54,418 nucleotides of DNA, filler included, from Candidatus Ancaeobacter aquaticus (GCA_030765405.1; 3 parts of 3 records of this genome joined end to end with filler, not necessarily neighbours in it), one strand, 5' to 3'; shown: positions 10,184 through 21,130, counted from the first letter of the whole stretch. Notes: generated from the letters alone by a model not told the origin. Numbers and translations: made by a program.

Positions 10184-10971
10184 TCTTTATAATGTTTTGT
10201 TACAAAATATCCGAAACATCCAATCATTATCACACCTATGCTGATAATTTGATAAATTGTCATTCCCCCGCCACATATTGCAGAATCACCCCTAAAAAAC
10301 TCCACAAAGAAACGTTTCAGTGGATACAATACAACATATAACCAAAAAACCTGACCATTCCATTTTCGTTTATCATACACAAGTAAAAGTACCACAAAAA
10401 TAAGAAGATCTAAGCCTGATGAATATAATTGCGCAGGATGAACAGGCAATGAAGCATACATATCCCCGTTAATAAATCCTTTATCAATATGGTTAAAATA
10501 TGGAAGACTATATCTTGGGAAGGCAACACCGACAGGAAAACTCGTAACTTTACCATAGCAACATCCGTTTAAATAACATCCTATTCTTCCGAGAGACTGC
10601 CCAAGCGCTAAAAAAGGCACCACGAGATCTGCTATAAAAAAAAATTTATGCCCCTTCATTGTCGTATATATAGAAGTAACAATAAAAGTGGCAATAATAC
10701 CTCCGTAGACTATGAGTCCCCCACGATTGATCATTACTATCTCGAATGGATTATCCATAAAATAACGTATATTAAAGACCACATACAACAGTCGCGAACC
10801 AACTATTCCTGAAATAATAATAACTAACAACAAGTCTGAAATAAATTCTTTTTGTATATTCTCTATTGCCGCTTTCTTAAGCACAAGATAATAACCAAGA
10901 AGAAAAGCTATCGCGACACAAACACCATACGAATATATGGGAAATTTGAAATGTAATAAAATAGGATGCAT
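10168..10971 (-). CDS. lgt: Prolipoprotein diacylglyceryl transferase
   Basis: YSYG, GGLIVYGG, GRIGCYLNGCCYG, HPAQLY, EFFRGD. Confidence 0.95.
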   Translation of the reverse strand: MHPILLHFKFPIYSYGVCVAIAFLLGYYLVLKKAAIENIQKEFISDLLLVIIISGIVGSRLLYVVFNIRYFMDNPFEIVMINRGGLIVYGGIIATFIVTSIYTTMKGHKFFFIADLVVPFLALGQSLGRIGCYLNGCCYGKVTSFPVGVAFPRYSLPYFNHIDKGFINGDMYASLPVHPAQLYSSGLDLLIFVVLLLVYDKRKWNGQVFWLYVVLYPLKRFFVEFFRGDSAICGGGMTIYQIISIGVIMIGCFGYFVTKHYKDSYKL

Positions 10972-11004
10972 AAGTTTAAAGCTACGTTAGTTAAAATTAT
11001 TGCT

Positions 11005-11487
11005 CTATTTATTTGTTACAAAATACCACAGCAGAAAAACTGTACCTATACAAATAGAGCTATCCGCCAGATTAAACGCCGGCCAGTGATAGTTATGTAT
11101 ATGAAAATCAAGAAAATCTATTACAAATCCATGAAAGATTCTATCAATGAGATTTCCTGCAGCCCCACCGCATATGAGACCTAATGCAGTGTTAACATAA
11201 GGATCTCGCCCCATAGAAGACAAACCAACAATAATTAACACGATAAGCGAGACTACCGATATGCAGATAAGAAGAATTGTATGTTCAATGAGAATACCAA
11301 ATGCAGCACCGGTATTGTGTATCAAGGTAATATCAAAAAAACCGTCAATCAATGAAACGCTTTTATGCAATATTAAATATTTATTAGCAAAATATTTAGA
11401 TAATTGATCAAGAAACAAGACACATAATACGATTATATATATTCTTCTCGCTGAAAAGTTATGCATCTTAAGTGATTTTTCATTCAT
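11005..11487 (-). CDS. lspA: Lipoprotein signal peptidase II
   Basis: DQLSK, NTGAAFG, GAAGNLIDR, VIDF, FNLAD. Confidence 0.96.
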   Translation of the reverse strand: MNEKSLKMHNFSARRIYIIVLCVLFLDQLSKYFANKYLILHKSVSLIDGFFDITLIHNTGAAFGILIEHTILLICISVVSLIVLIIVGLSSMGRDPYVNTALGLICGGAAGNLIDRIFHGFVIDFLDFHIHNYHWPAFNLADSSICIGTVFLLWYFVTNK

Positions 11488-11527
11488 GAATATACATACA
11501 CCGAAATGACACTAATTATTTTATACA

Positions 11528-11911
11528 CTACGCTTTAGGACCTTTTTTCTCGACTTTCTCCTGGCATGCTCTACAGTTACTTGCAGATGGCAGGGCCTCA
11601 AGCCTTTTTTCACTGATGTCACATTCGCACGTTTCACATTTGCCGTAGCTACCATTTTCCATACGCTGCATAGCCTCATCTATTTCATATAGTATATTCT
11701 GTTCATTCGACATGAGCCCGAGAGCAAACTCCCTATCAAAATTATCAGTGCCAACATCAGCCATATGAAGTGAATATGCCGAAAGATCTCCTGATTGATC
11801 TCGTTGAGACTTATTAAGAGTTTCATCCTCTATTTGCTTTAAAGAACGTACAATCTGTTCTTTTTTATCTAATAGTTTTTCTTTATATTTCTTCATGTCT
11901 CTTTTATTCAT
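11528..11911 (-). CDS. TraR/DksA C4 zinc-finger protein
   Basis: HMADVGTD coiled-coil tip, CETC and CRAC, ERLEALP-like motif KRLEALP. Confidence 0.9.
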   Translation of the reverse strand: MNKRDMKKYKEKLLDKKEQIVRSLKQIEDETLNKSQRDQSGDLSAYSLHMADVGTDNFDREFALGLMSNEQNILYEIDEAMQRMENGSYGKCETCECDISEKRLEALPSASNCRACQEKVEKKGPKA

Positions 11912-11951
11912 TATTTCCCCCTATACGGATAAATTTTTAATGGGCACCGAA

Positions 11952-14762
11952 TTAGGCCCCTTGAGTTATCGCATTTACACACTTCTGACATATTGTTTTA
12001 TGTTCTGAGTGCTCTCCTACAGAGACACTATAACACCAGCAGCGCTCACATTTCTCTCCATGAGCTTTCTCTGCATAAATAAAGAAGTTCGCAATTGTAT
12101 CAGAATTCGTAAAATTGTCATTAACTTTTTCACGAGAACAGAATTCTACATCTGAGACGATAAAAATCGCTTGTAATTGGTCTTTATACTCGTCTAAAAG
12201 TGCTTTAATCTCCTCATTCTCAGCACATAAGCATACTCTTGCTTGTAAGGAATTACCAATAACCTTGTTTTTTCTCATCTCTTCAAGTACTTTGAGCACT
12301 TCTTTCCTCACCTCTATCATTTTTGACCATTTTTTCTCTAACGTATTATCTATACGATCTTTGGAATGGCTCGGCCACGATGACATATGAACACTCTCGA
12401 TATTATCTCGGCTTTTCTGATCAATATACCCCCATACCTCTTCTGCGGTAAAAGACAATATAGGTGAAAGAACTTTGACTAGAATTAACAATATTTCGTG
12501 TAATACGGTTTGAGCGGATCTCCGCTGGCGCGAATCTCTATAGGCAGTATATAGTCTATCTTTTAAAATATCGAAATAGAATGAACTCATATCAACAACA
12601 CAATAATTATAAATAGCTCGATACGCCTTATAAAAGTCATACGCTTCATAATGCTCAGTCACCTTTTCTAACAATAGATATGTATGTGATAGCGCCCATT
12701 TATCAATAGAGGTAAGCTTCTCATAAGGAACTTTATTCTCCTGGAGATCAAAATCACAAATATTACCTAAAAGATACCGTATTGTATTTCTCATTTTCCT
12801 GTATGCATCAGCTAGCTGCTCTACAATTTCCTTTGAAATTCTTACATCATCAGTATAGTCAACACTTGCTACCCACAACCGCAAAATATCCGCACCGTGC
12901 GAATTAATTGTATCCAACGGAGAAACAACATTTCCTCTCGACTTCGACATCTTTTTACCTTCTCCGTCAACAACAAAACCATGTGTGAGAACACTTTTGT
13001 ACGAAGGTTTGTTCATTATTCCCATAGCTGTAAGTATAGCGGATTGAAACCAGCCTCTGTGTTGGTCACTTCCCTCAAGATATAAATCAGCAGGATTTAA
13101 TAATTCTTCTCTTTTCTCAAGAACAGCCTGATGACTCACTCCAGAATCAAACCATACATCCAAGATATCTTTTTCTTTTATAAACTCACTATGAGAACAA
13201 TGCGGGCAGGTGAAACCTTCCGGCAAGAATTCTTTTGGGTCCTTCTCAAACCATACATCTTCATTTGACTGTTCAACCATTTTTTCGAAATTGTGGAGTA
13301 TTTCTTCAGTAATAATCTCGGTATTGCATTTTTTGCAATAAAATGCGGGAATAGGAACGCCCCACAATCTTTGTCGTGACAAACACCAGTCAGGTCGTCC
13401 TTCAACCATTGCTGATATTCTTCCTTCACTTCTATTGGGGATCCACTTTACATTTTTAATTTCTTGTAATGTGTCTTGTCTTAAATTATTACTATCGACA
13501 TCTATAAACCATTGAGGCGTTGCACGAAAAATTACTGGTGATTTACAACGCCAGCAATACGGATACGAATGGAGTGTTTTTCCTGCAAAAAGCAACGCAT
13601 TTTTATCCTTCAAGATATCAATTATACGATCATTAGCCTTAAATACGTGAACTCCTTCAAACCCTGGAAAAGCTTCGGTAAACAATCCTTTATCATTCAC
13701 CGGCATAAAAACATCGAGATTATATTTTTTTCCTACCTTAAAGTCATCCTGCCCATGACCGGGCGCTATATGGACACAACCAACACCTTCACTGGTATCA
13801 ATAAAATCGCATAATACCACCTTGTTCACACGATCCATAAATGGATGTTTATATGCTCTTCCCTCCAGCTCTTTACCTTTAATAACATGTATCACTTCAT
13901 AATGTGTTATACCTATTGTTTCAAAAGCTTTTCCAATAAGTTCCTCAAGTATTATAACCACGCGCTCTTTTGAACCATCATGATAACGAACAATGGCATA
14001 CGACAAATCAGCGGCCACTGCAGTAGCCATATTAGCAGGTATTGTCCACGGCGTTGTAGTCCAAATAACGATAGAAACATCCTTCACACCGGGAACAATA
14101 TCTTCAAACGAATCAACAAAATCAAACGCAACATGTATAGAAGGTGATGAATGCTCGGCATACTCAATCTCAGCTTCTGCTAAAGCTGTTTCACATTTGC
14201 AGCACCAATATATTGGTTTTAATCCTCTATAAATATATCCTTTTTTATATAACTGAGAAAAAGAACGAATTATCGCAGAAACGTATTCAGAGTTCATTGT
14301 AAGATACGGTTTTTCCCAATCACCAAAAACACCTAATCGCTTAAACTGCTCTTTTTGAATATCAACATATTTTGACGCATACTTCCTAGCACTTTTTCTA
14401 AACTCAACATGATCAACATCATGCTTTGTTTTATTCAATTCTTTAAAAAGCTGATGCTCAACTGGTAAACCATGACAATCCCAGCCGGGAACATACGGGG
14501 CATCATAACCTCTTAATGTTTTATATTTAATAACAACATCTTTTAATATCTTGTTTAGTGCGTGTCCAATGTGTATGTTACCGTTCGCATATGGAGGACC
14601 ATCATGCAAAATAAATTTCTTCTTGCCTTTTTTATTCTCTCTAAGCGCTTTATACATATCCTTCTCTTTCCACTGAGAGAGGATGACCGGTTCGCGATCT
14701 TTTAGTGCCGCTTTCATCGGAAAAGCAGTTTGCGGAAGATTTATCGTATCCTTATAATTCAT
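11952..14762 (-). CDS. ileS: Isoleucyl-tRNA synthetase (type 1, C-terminal zinc finger)
   Basis: PPYANGNIHIGH, GWDCHGLP, KMSKS, CERCW...CQKC. Confidence 0.98.
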   Translation of the reverse strand: MNYKDTINLPQTAFPMKAALKDREPVILSQWKEKDMYKALRENKKGKKKFILHDGPPYANGNIHIGHALNKILKDVVIKYKTLRGYDAPYVPGWDCHGLPVEHQLFKELNKTKHDVDHVEFRKSARKYASKYVDIQKEQFKRLGVFGDWEKPYLTMNSEYVSAIIRSFSQLYKKGYIYRGLKPIYWCCKCETALAEAEIEYAEHSSPSIHVAFDFVDSFEDIVPGVKDVSIVIWTTTPWTIPANMATAVAADLSYAIVRYHDGSKERVVIILEELIGKAFETIGITHYEVIHVIKGKELEGRAYKHPFMDRVNKVVLCDFIDTSEGVGCVHIAPGHGQDDFKVGKKYNLDVFMPVNDKGLFTEAFPGFEGVHVFKANDRIIDILKDKNALLFAGKTLHSYPYCWRCKSPVIFRATPQWFIDVDSNNLRQDTLQEIKNVKWIPNRSEGRISAMVEGRPDWCLSRQRLWGVPIPAFYCKKCNTEIITEEILHNFEKMVEQSNEDVWFEKDPKEFLPEGFTCPHCSHSEFIKEKDILDVWFDSGVSHQAVLEKREELLNPADLYLEGSDQHRGWFQSAILTAMGIMNKPSYKSVLTHGFVVDGEGKKMSKSRGNVVSPLDTINSHGADILRLWVASVDYTDDVRISKEIVEQLADAYRKMRNTIRYLLGNICDFDLQENKVPYEKLTSIDKWALSHTYLLLEKVTEHYEAYDFYKAYRAIYNYCVVDMSSFYFDILKDRLYTAYRDSRQRRSAQTVLHEILLILVKVLSPILSFTAEEVWGYIDQKSRDNIESVHMSSWPSHSKDRIDNTLEKKWSKMIEVRKEVLKVLEEMRKNKVIGNSLQARVCLCAENEEIKALLDEYKDQLQAIFIVSDVEFCSREKVNDNFTNSDTIANFFIYAEKAHGEKCERCWCYSVSVGEHSEHKTICQKCVNAITQGA

Positions 14763-14794
14763 AAAATATTCCTTTATATAGAATTAGGCGCAAG

Positions 14795-14823
14795 ATATTA
14801 TCAAACAGAAGATTTTTTGTCAA
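14795..14823 (-). promoter_or_regulatory. Putative sigma70 promoter for the ileS operon
   Basis: TTGACA-17 bp-TAATAT on the minus strand, upstream of ileS. Confidence 0.55.
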
Positions 14824-14901
14824 TTATGTTTTATAAAACCCTATTCGCTTGCTATTCAATTACTTATACTACTGACTACCAAAAATACTTACAGTAAAAT
14901 C

Positions 14902-15861
14902 CTATCCGTTTATATCAAATTCACTTTTGTACCACTGTACAAATTTTTCAATGCCTTCAGCTATATTTACTTTCGGCTTGTACTTAAGAACTTTCGTGGC
15001 GCACTCAATTGATGCACACGTTACAGGAACATCACCCGGCTGATTACCCAAATAGGTTATTTTCCCATTACAACCGCAATTCTTCTGGATCAGTTCTATC
15101 AATGTGCTCAGCTTTACTGTTTCTGAGTCACCCAAATTCATAATTTCGTAATTACACTCCACCTCTATTGAAGCGACTATGCCGCTAACAATATCGCTTA
15201 CAAATGTATAATCACGGGCAGATGCACCATCTCCATAGAGAGTTATCTCTTCATTTGATAATAATGCACGGGTAAATTTATGAATTGCCATCTCAGGTCG
15301 TTGACGCGGCCCGTAGACTGTAAATAAACGTAAACATATTATAGGGATTTGGTACAGGTGATGATACGTATAACACAACATTTCACCAGCCATTTTTGTT
15401 GCCGCATACGGTGAAATTGGTTTTTGAGCAAATTCATCCTCTTTAAACGGAATATTTGTACGCGAGCCATATACAGATGACGATGAACTAAAAATCATTT
15501 TTTTTACTTTATATTTCCGAACACATTCAAGAATGTTCATAGTCCCCTTTAGATTGACATCTTCATAAATAAGGGGATCCTTGATTGACGGACGAACACC
15601 AGCACGTGCAGCCAAATGAATAACAATATCTGGTTTTGTATTAGAAAATATAGTGTCCATCCTCTTGGCATCACGAATATCATCGCGATAAAGAGTAAAC
15701 ATATCGTGATTAATAACGTTACTGAGATTCTTCTCTTTGATTTTCGGATCATAAAAAGTATCAAAGTTATCAACACAAATAACTCTGTGCCCTTCGGCTA
15801 TGCATCGCTCAACAAGATGTGACCCAATAAAACCTGCCCCACCGGTAACTAAAATGTTCAT
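14902..15861 (-). CDS. NAD-dependent nucleotide-sugar epimerase/dehydratase
   Basis: TGGAGFIG, HLAARAGVR, SSSSVYG, YAATK, FTVYGP. Confidence 0.92.
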   Translation of the reverse strand: MNILVTGGAGFIGSHLVERCIAEGHRVICVDNFDTFYDPKIKEKNLSNVINHDMFTLYRDDIRDAKRMDTIFSNTKPDIVIHLAARAGVRPSIKDPLIYEDVNLKGTMNILECVRKYKVKKMIFSSSSSVYGSRTNIPFKEDEFAQKPISPYAATKMAGEMLCYTYHHLYQIPIICLRLFTVYGPRQRPEMAIHKFTRALLSNEEITLYGDGASARDYTFVSDIVSGIVASIEVECNYEIMNLGDSETVKLSTLIELIQKNCGCNGKITYLGNQPGDVPVTCASIECATKVLKYKPKVNIAEGIEKFVQWYKSEFDING

Positions 15862-15896
15862 TTCTTTCCCTTCTTATTCAAGCAGCTCTATACCCA

Positions 15897-17342
15897 CTAA
15901 AAAATACTTACTGCAAACGTAATGATTTTTATAAAAGGTGTTGGATATATACCAATAATCAGTGTTCCAACTAATGATATTATTACCGCAGTTGTCAAAG
16001 CAGGGTGCGTTACAATAGTAACATCCCTACGCGCAGTATCAACATACATATATTTAATTACTCTTACATAATAATAAAGGCCAATGACACTATTAATTAT
16101 ACCTGCAAGCGCAAGATATATCATGTGTGATTCAATAGCAGCACTAAACACATAAAACTTACCTAAAAATCCAGCCAGTGGCGGAATACCAGCAAGTGAC
16201 AGTAAAAATACCGCAAAAGCAAATGCTGTTCCCGGAACAATTTTTGCAAGTCCCCTAAAATCACTTATCTGTTCGGATTTTAGTGAACGTATAAGCATAA
16301 TCGCAATCGTAAATGCGCCTATATTCATAAAGATATATACCAATAAATACATTAACACTGCTTCTTTACCGAGTAGAGTCGGAACGGCAAACCCTATTAA
16401 AATGTATCCAGCTTGAGCAATACTTGAATACGCAAGCATCCTTTTAATATTATTTTGTGAAATCGCGAGAATATTTCCTACAGTCATTGTAATAACGGCT
16501 AATACACCGATCAAGTCGTGCCAATTAACGCCAAAATCACCAATCCCACTATAAAAGATCCTTAAGAAAACTCCAAATGCGGCAATTTTTGGAGCAACTG
16601 ACATAAATGCTGTGATGGGTGTTGACGCACCTTGATAAGCATCAGGCGCCCACATGTGAAATGGTACCATGGCAATTTTGAATCCGAACCCAACTAAAAG
16701 AAATACGAGTGCCACATACATGACACCTGCATCGATACCACCACGAGCGACATTCACGCTCATTACCCCTAGATCAAGTGTCCCTGTCAAACCATACACC
16801 ATAGAAATACCAAAAAGGAAAATAGCAGTCGAAAGAGCTCCAAACAAAAAATACTTCAGGCTTGCTTCACCAGCAAGAAATGTTCTTTTTGACACAGACA
16901 CCAATATATATGTAGTAAGAGAAACCAGCTCAAGGGAAAGATAAATAAGTAAAAGATTATTTGCCATAACAAGAAAACTGAGACCTACCCCGTTAAAAAG
17001 CAATAAGGCAAAATATTCGGGAAACTCTTTTTTATCATTAAACTCGTCTCCCATGGAAAGAAGTCCGACCAAGATCATGGTAATAAAAATAAGAAATCTT
17101 AGCGTGAGTGAAAAAGGATCAATACGAACCATCCCGTAAAATAATTCTTTATCGGGATACGTGAACGCGCAGAAACCGAGAATAATCATTGCAACAACAA
17201 AACTCATAACAGTAGCAATACCTAGAATTTTCTGCTGGTTCCGAAAACTCTTACCGCAAAGAACAACACAAAATCCTGAAAAGATCAAAAATAATTCAGG
17301 AGAAATATACTTTGCGTGAACATATAATTCTTGTAACGTCAT
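15897..17342 (-). CDS. nuoN: Complex I subunit N
   Basis: EASLKYF, FKIAMVPFHMWAPDAYQGA, KRMLAYSSI, LSLAGIPPLAGF. Confidence 0.95.
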   Translation of the reverse strand: MTLQELYVHAKYISPELFLIFSGFCVVLCGKSFRNQQKILGIATVMSFVVAMIILGFCAFTYPDKELFYGMVRIDPFSLTLRFLIFITMILVGLLSMGDEFNDKKEFPEYFALLLFNGVGLSFLVMANNLLLIYLSLELVSLTTYILVSVSKRTFLAGEASLKYFLFGALSTAIFLFGISMVYGLTGTLDLGVMSVNVARGGIDAGVMYVALVFLLVGFGFKIAMVPFHMWAPDAYQGASTPITAFMSVAPKIAAFGVFLRIFYSGIGDFGVNWHDLIGVLAVITMTVGNILAISQNNIKRMLAYSSIAQAGYILIGFAVPTLLGKEAVLMYLLVYIFMNIGAFTIAIMLIRSLKSEQISDFRGLAKIVPGTAFAFAVFLLSLAGIPPLAGFLGKFYVFSAAIESHMIYLALAGIINSVIGLYYYVRVIKYMYVDTARRDVTIVTHPALTTAVIISLVGTLIIGIYPTPFIKIITFAVSIF

Positions 17343-18817
17343 AATAACAGCCCTTTTATTTTCGCTAGAAGCTCAGTAATTGCCGGCACCTGGATATCAA
17401 GTAAGATCATTGGATATATACCAATTAAAACCACTAAGATCATAAGCGGCACTAACGTAATTATTTCAGATACACTTATATCCTTCATGTCTTTCCAACG
17501 CTGATTCAATGGTCCAAGCAATACTCTCTGTAGCATCTTTAAATGATATGCCGCTGCGACAACGATGCCCATAACCGCTAATATGGTCACCACCCTAAAT
17601 ACAGGAAACGTACCTAAAAGAGCCATAAACTCACCAACAAAACCGCTCAAACCCGGAAGACCTAATGACCCCATCGTAAACAATATAAGGAATCCACCAT
17701 ACACAGGGACTTGTGCGCCAAGTCCACCAAAATTCTTTAAGTCTCTGGTATGAGTACGATCATACAATACGCCGACAAGTAAGAACATGCCGCCGGTAAT
17801 AACTCCATGGTTAAACATTTGCATCAGAGCGCCATTAATGCCTGTAGAAGTCATACTTGCAAGCCCGAGTAAAACAAATCCCATATGGCTAATACTTGAA
17901 TACGCGACCATTTTCTTGAAATCAACCTGTGATAACGCCACAAAAGCGCCGTAAACAATATTAACGACACCCAGTATAGCCAGTGGATAACTGAACCATT
18001 GTGCCGCATCAGGAAGTATAGGATAACTAATTCTAAAGAATCCGTAACAGCCCATCTTGAGAAGAACTCCAGCCAAAATAACACTTATTGGTGTCGGCGC
18101 TTCAACGTGTGCATCGGGCAACCACGTGTGAAATGGAAAAATAGGTACTTTAATCGCAAAACCTAGAAATATCGCAATGAATACAACCTGCTGAAAACCA
18201 AGAACAAACCTGCCACTTCCCCGCGCAAGTTCCAGCATATCAAAGGTATGAGGATCACTGGTAAAATAAAGCGCTAAAAATCCGAGAAGCATAAATACGC
18301 TACCAGCGAGGGTGTATAAAAAGAATTTCATAGCGGCATATTCTTTCCGGGGACCACCCCATATGCCAATCAAAAAATACATTGGTACAAGCACAACTTC
18401 CCAGAAAACATAGAAAAGAAACAGATCAAGAGCTAAAAATGTCCCGATCATTCCTGTAACAAGAAGCAAATACAAAATAAAGTATTCCTTTTGTCTTCCT
18501 TTAATTTTATATGAAGCGATACAAGCGAGAAACGATAGCAGTGTCGTCAACGCTATCATGGGAAGACTAATACCGTCTATTCCAAGAAAGTAGTGAATAT
18601 TAAACGCTTTTATCCACGTAACTCTCTCAACAAATTGCATATTGCCATTTGAATAATCATAAGCAAACATAAGGAGTATACACAGAACAAGTGGTATCGC
18701 GCTAAAAACAGTAGCAATGATTCGAATAAGTTGTTCTTTCGTTTTTGGAATAAACAAAAGACACAAAATACCAAGAATTGGTGTAAACGTTATCAGTGTT
18801 AAAATCGGCACTTTCAT
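17339..18817 (-). CDS. nuoM: Complex I subunit M
   Basis: FWEVVLVPM, KVPIFPFHTWLPDAHVEAP, GVLLKMG, AYSSISHMG. Confidence 0.95.
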   Translation of the reverse strand: MKVPILTLITFTPILGILCLLFIPKTKEQLIRIIATVFSAIPLVLCILLMFAYDYSNGNMQFVERVTWIKAFNIHYFLGIDGISLPMIALTTLLSFLACIASYKIKGRQKEYFILYLLLVTGMIGTFLALDLFLFYVFWEVVLVPMYFLIGIWGGPRKEYAAMKFFLYTLAGSVFMLLGFLALYFTSDPHTFDMLELARGSGRFVLGFQQVVFIAIFLGFAIKVPIFPFHTWLPDAHVEAPTPISVILAGVLLKMGCYGFFRISYPILPDAAQWFSYPLAILGVVNIVYGAFVALSQVDFKKMVAYSSISHMGFVLLGLASMTSTGINGALMQMFNHGVITGGMFLLVGVLYDRTHTRDLKNFGGLGAQVPVYGGFLILFTMGSLGLPGLSGFVGEFMALLGTFPVFRVVTILAVMGIVVAAAYHLKMLQRVLLGPLNQRWKDMKDISVSEIITLVPLMILVVLIGIYPMILLDIQVPAITELLAKIKGLLL

Positions 18818-18863
18818 AGACTCCCCTTTTTAAATAGCAATTTTCAATATCTCATATTACTTG

Positions 18864-19138
18864 AGGGGGTGAGAAATAGTAATATCTACAATTTGGCTGA
18901 GCCGATTTTGGAGCGAAATAAGGAACGAAGAGTGCCGCGTATCCCCTGCGATACGCAAACGATAAGTGACACAGTTGCAGCCCAAAATCGGCCAGCCCCT
19001 CCGGGGAGGCACATATTTGGACATCTACTTCGTTGCTCCTCCTTGACGTACCACATAGGGTACGTCGGCGTCGTCACGCCTTGCATACGGTTCAAATCTG
19101 AACCTCCAAATTGTGGATATTACTATTTCTCACCCCCT
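18864..19138. mobile_element. 275-bp MITE-like element with 33-bp terminal inverted repeats
   Basis: 18864-18896 is the reverse complement of 19106-19138 with one mismatch. The interior is visibly GC-richer and has nested hairpins. Confidence 0.75.
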
Positions 19139-21045
19139 AGCACATTAATAAACAATATAATAACAATACCCAAAACCACAAAAAGCATGTAATTCTGAAT
19201 TACTCCTGTTTGGACTTTTCGCCCATATTTACTCAAAGACCTCACACCCCATGCAGTACCATTAACTAATCCGTTAATAATATATTTATCGAATACATAC
19301 TGCATTTCACCTAAAAAGATTGAAATAACCCCAACCCCTTTAACCAGTCCATCAACAACATTCTTGTCGAAGCGGTTTAGAAATCGGCTCGTAAGCATAA
19401 ATGGCCTTATGAATATATGCAAATAGAGCTCATCAAAATAGTATTTATGTATAAGCACTTTATATACAAGCGAAAAACGTTTCCTTATAACATCTGGAAC
19501 TATCTTTATTTTAAGCATATAAAGGATATATGCTATGGTTATCCCAATAACAGACGCAATAATTGAAGATACCATGATCCCCGTATGCATTCCATGGTGA
19601 CCACCATCACCAAAAGAAACAAAATGTTCGAACCAATTATGCATAATAGGAGATCCAATTAGACCAACAAACACTGCAAAAACTGATAATATCACAAGAG
19701 GTATAGTCATGACTTTTGGTGATTCATGCGCATGAATTTCATCATTCTTCGGTTTTCCAAAAAACACTACAAAACATAAACGGAACATATAAAACGCAGT
19801 AAATATACAGCTCAAATACGCTAATGCAAAAACTACATGATGCCCACTCAAAAATATTTCTGCCATAATACTATCTTTACTCCAAAAACCGGCAAAAGGA
19901 GGCACCCCACTAATTGCAAGCGCACCGATAATAAATGTTATCGCGGTAACTTTCATTTTTGAGAATAGTCCACCCATCTGTCTGATATCCTGAACATTAG
20001 TACCGTGTATAATGCTTCCAGCACCTAAGAAAAGAAGTGCTTTAAAGAATGAGTGTGTCATTAAATGAAAAGTCCCCGCTGAATACCCTCCAATGCCGAG
20101 TGCAGTCATCATAAAACCAAGCTGACTGATCGTGGAATATGCGAGAATTTTTTTTATATCGTTAGAGACAAGAGCTATTGAAGCACCCATAAAAGCGGTA
20201 ATGATGCCGATATAGGCAACAACAAGTAAAGCAACGTCATGAGTAATAAAAAGTGCATAACACCGCGCGACAAGATATACCCCAGCTGCAACCATTGTTG
20301 CCGCATGTATAAGAGCACTCACCGGTGTTGGCCCTTCCATTGCGTCTGGCAGCCATACATGAAGCGGAAACTGAGCAGATTTACCCACTGCGCCACCAAA
20401 AATCAAAATTGCGGCAACGGTAAGAAGATTATAATGTTCTTTGAGAGAAGATACCGGTAAATCGGTAAAATAGGCACTCCCTGTTATCCAAAAGACTATT
20501 GCCAGACCAATAAAGAGACAAACATCACCAATACGTGTTGTTATAAAAGCTTTTTTGCCGGCTTCAGCAGCAGAATCTTTCTCAAACCAAAAACCGATAA
20601 GCAAATACGAACAAGCACCAACTAACTCCCAAAATATGTATAGCATGATAAAATTATTTGCGAGAACGAGTCCCAGCATGGAGAACATAAAAAGTGACAT
20701 ATAGGCAAAAAATCTACTGTACCGTTTATCCCCACCCATGTACCCCATTGAATAAATCTGTATGAGAGTGCCAATAATTGATACAACTAAAAGCATTGTT
20801 ACACAAAGCGGATCAACAAGAATACCGAAACTGAATTTTGCGTTACGCAAAACAAGCCAATCAAAATTAAATCTAACAACATCTCCTTGCAGAAGATTAA
20901 CAAATGTACTTATTGAAAAAAGCACAGAAAGAGAAGATGCACAAACAGAAATATATGCACTTATTTTCCCTAATCGTTTCCCAAGGAAAATAATTATTAT
21001 AAATGCTATTGCCGGAAACACCGGTATTAAATACGGGTAATTCAT
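19123..21045 (-). CDS. nuoL: Complex I subunit L
   Basis: WELVG, AFITTRIGD, GKSAQFPLHVWLPDAMEGPTPVSALIHAATMV. Confidence 0.96.
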   Translation of the reverse strand: MNYPYLIPVFPAIAFIIIIFLGKRLGKISAYISVCASSLSVLFSISTFVNLLQGDVVRFNFDWLVLRNAKFSFGILVDPLCVTMLLVVSIIGTLIQIYSMGYMGGDKRYSRFFAYMSLFMFSMLGLVLANNFIMLYIFWELVGACSYLLIGFWFEKDSAAEAGKKAFITTRIGDVCLFIGLAIVFWITGSAYFTDLPVSSLKEHYNLLTVAAILIFGGAVGKSAQFPLHVWLPDAMEGPTPVSALIHAATMVAAGVYLVARCYALFITHDVALLVVAYIGIITAFMGASIALVSNDIKKILAYSTISQLGFMMTALGIGGYSAGTFHLMTHSFFKALLFLGAGSIIHGTNVQDIRQMGGLFSKMKVTAITFIIGALAISGVPPFAGFWSKDSIMAEIFLSGHHVVFALAYLSCIFTAFYMFRLCFVVFFGKPKNDEIHAHESPKVMTIPLVILSVFAVFVGLIGSPIMHNWFEHFVSFGDGGHHGMHTGIMVSSIIASVIGITIAYILYMLKIKIVPDVIRKRFSLVYKVLIHKYYFDELYLHIFIRPFMLTSRFLNRFDKNVVDGLVKGVGVISIFLGEMQYVFDKYIINGLVNGTAWGVRSLSKYGRKVQTGVIQNYMLFVVLGIVIILFINVLGGEK

Positions 21046-21085
21046 ATACTTCGTATATTCCTATTTTTCGATTACTTTCTTTATA

Positions 21086-21130
21086 CGTTCATTTTTTTCT
21101 TAATATATATTCTATGAACGATGAACGAAT
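21086..21130. repeat. Short inverted heptamer element (ATGAACG type)
   Basis: cgttcat, an AT-rich spacer, then atgaacg-atgaacg-aat abutting the nuoK stop. Confidence 0.5.

Noticed and set aside
18869..19192. ORFs 18869-19192 (+) and 18886-19095 (-)
   Set aside because: They are open frames in a GC-richer repeat element with no recognisable protein features.
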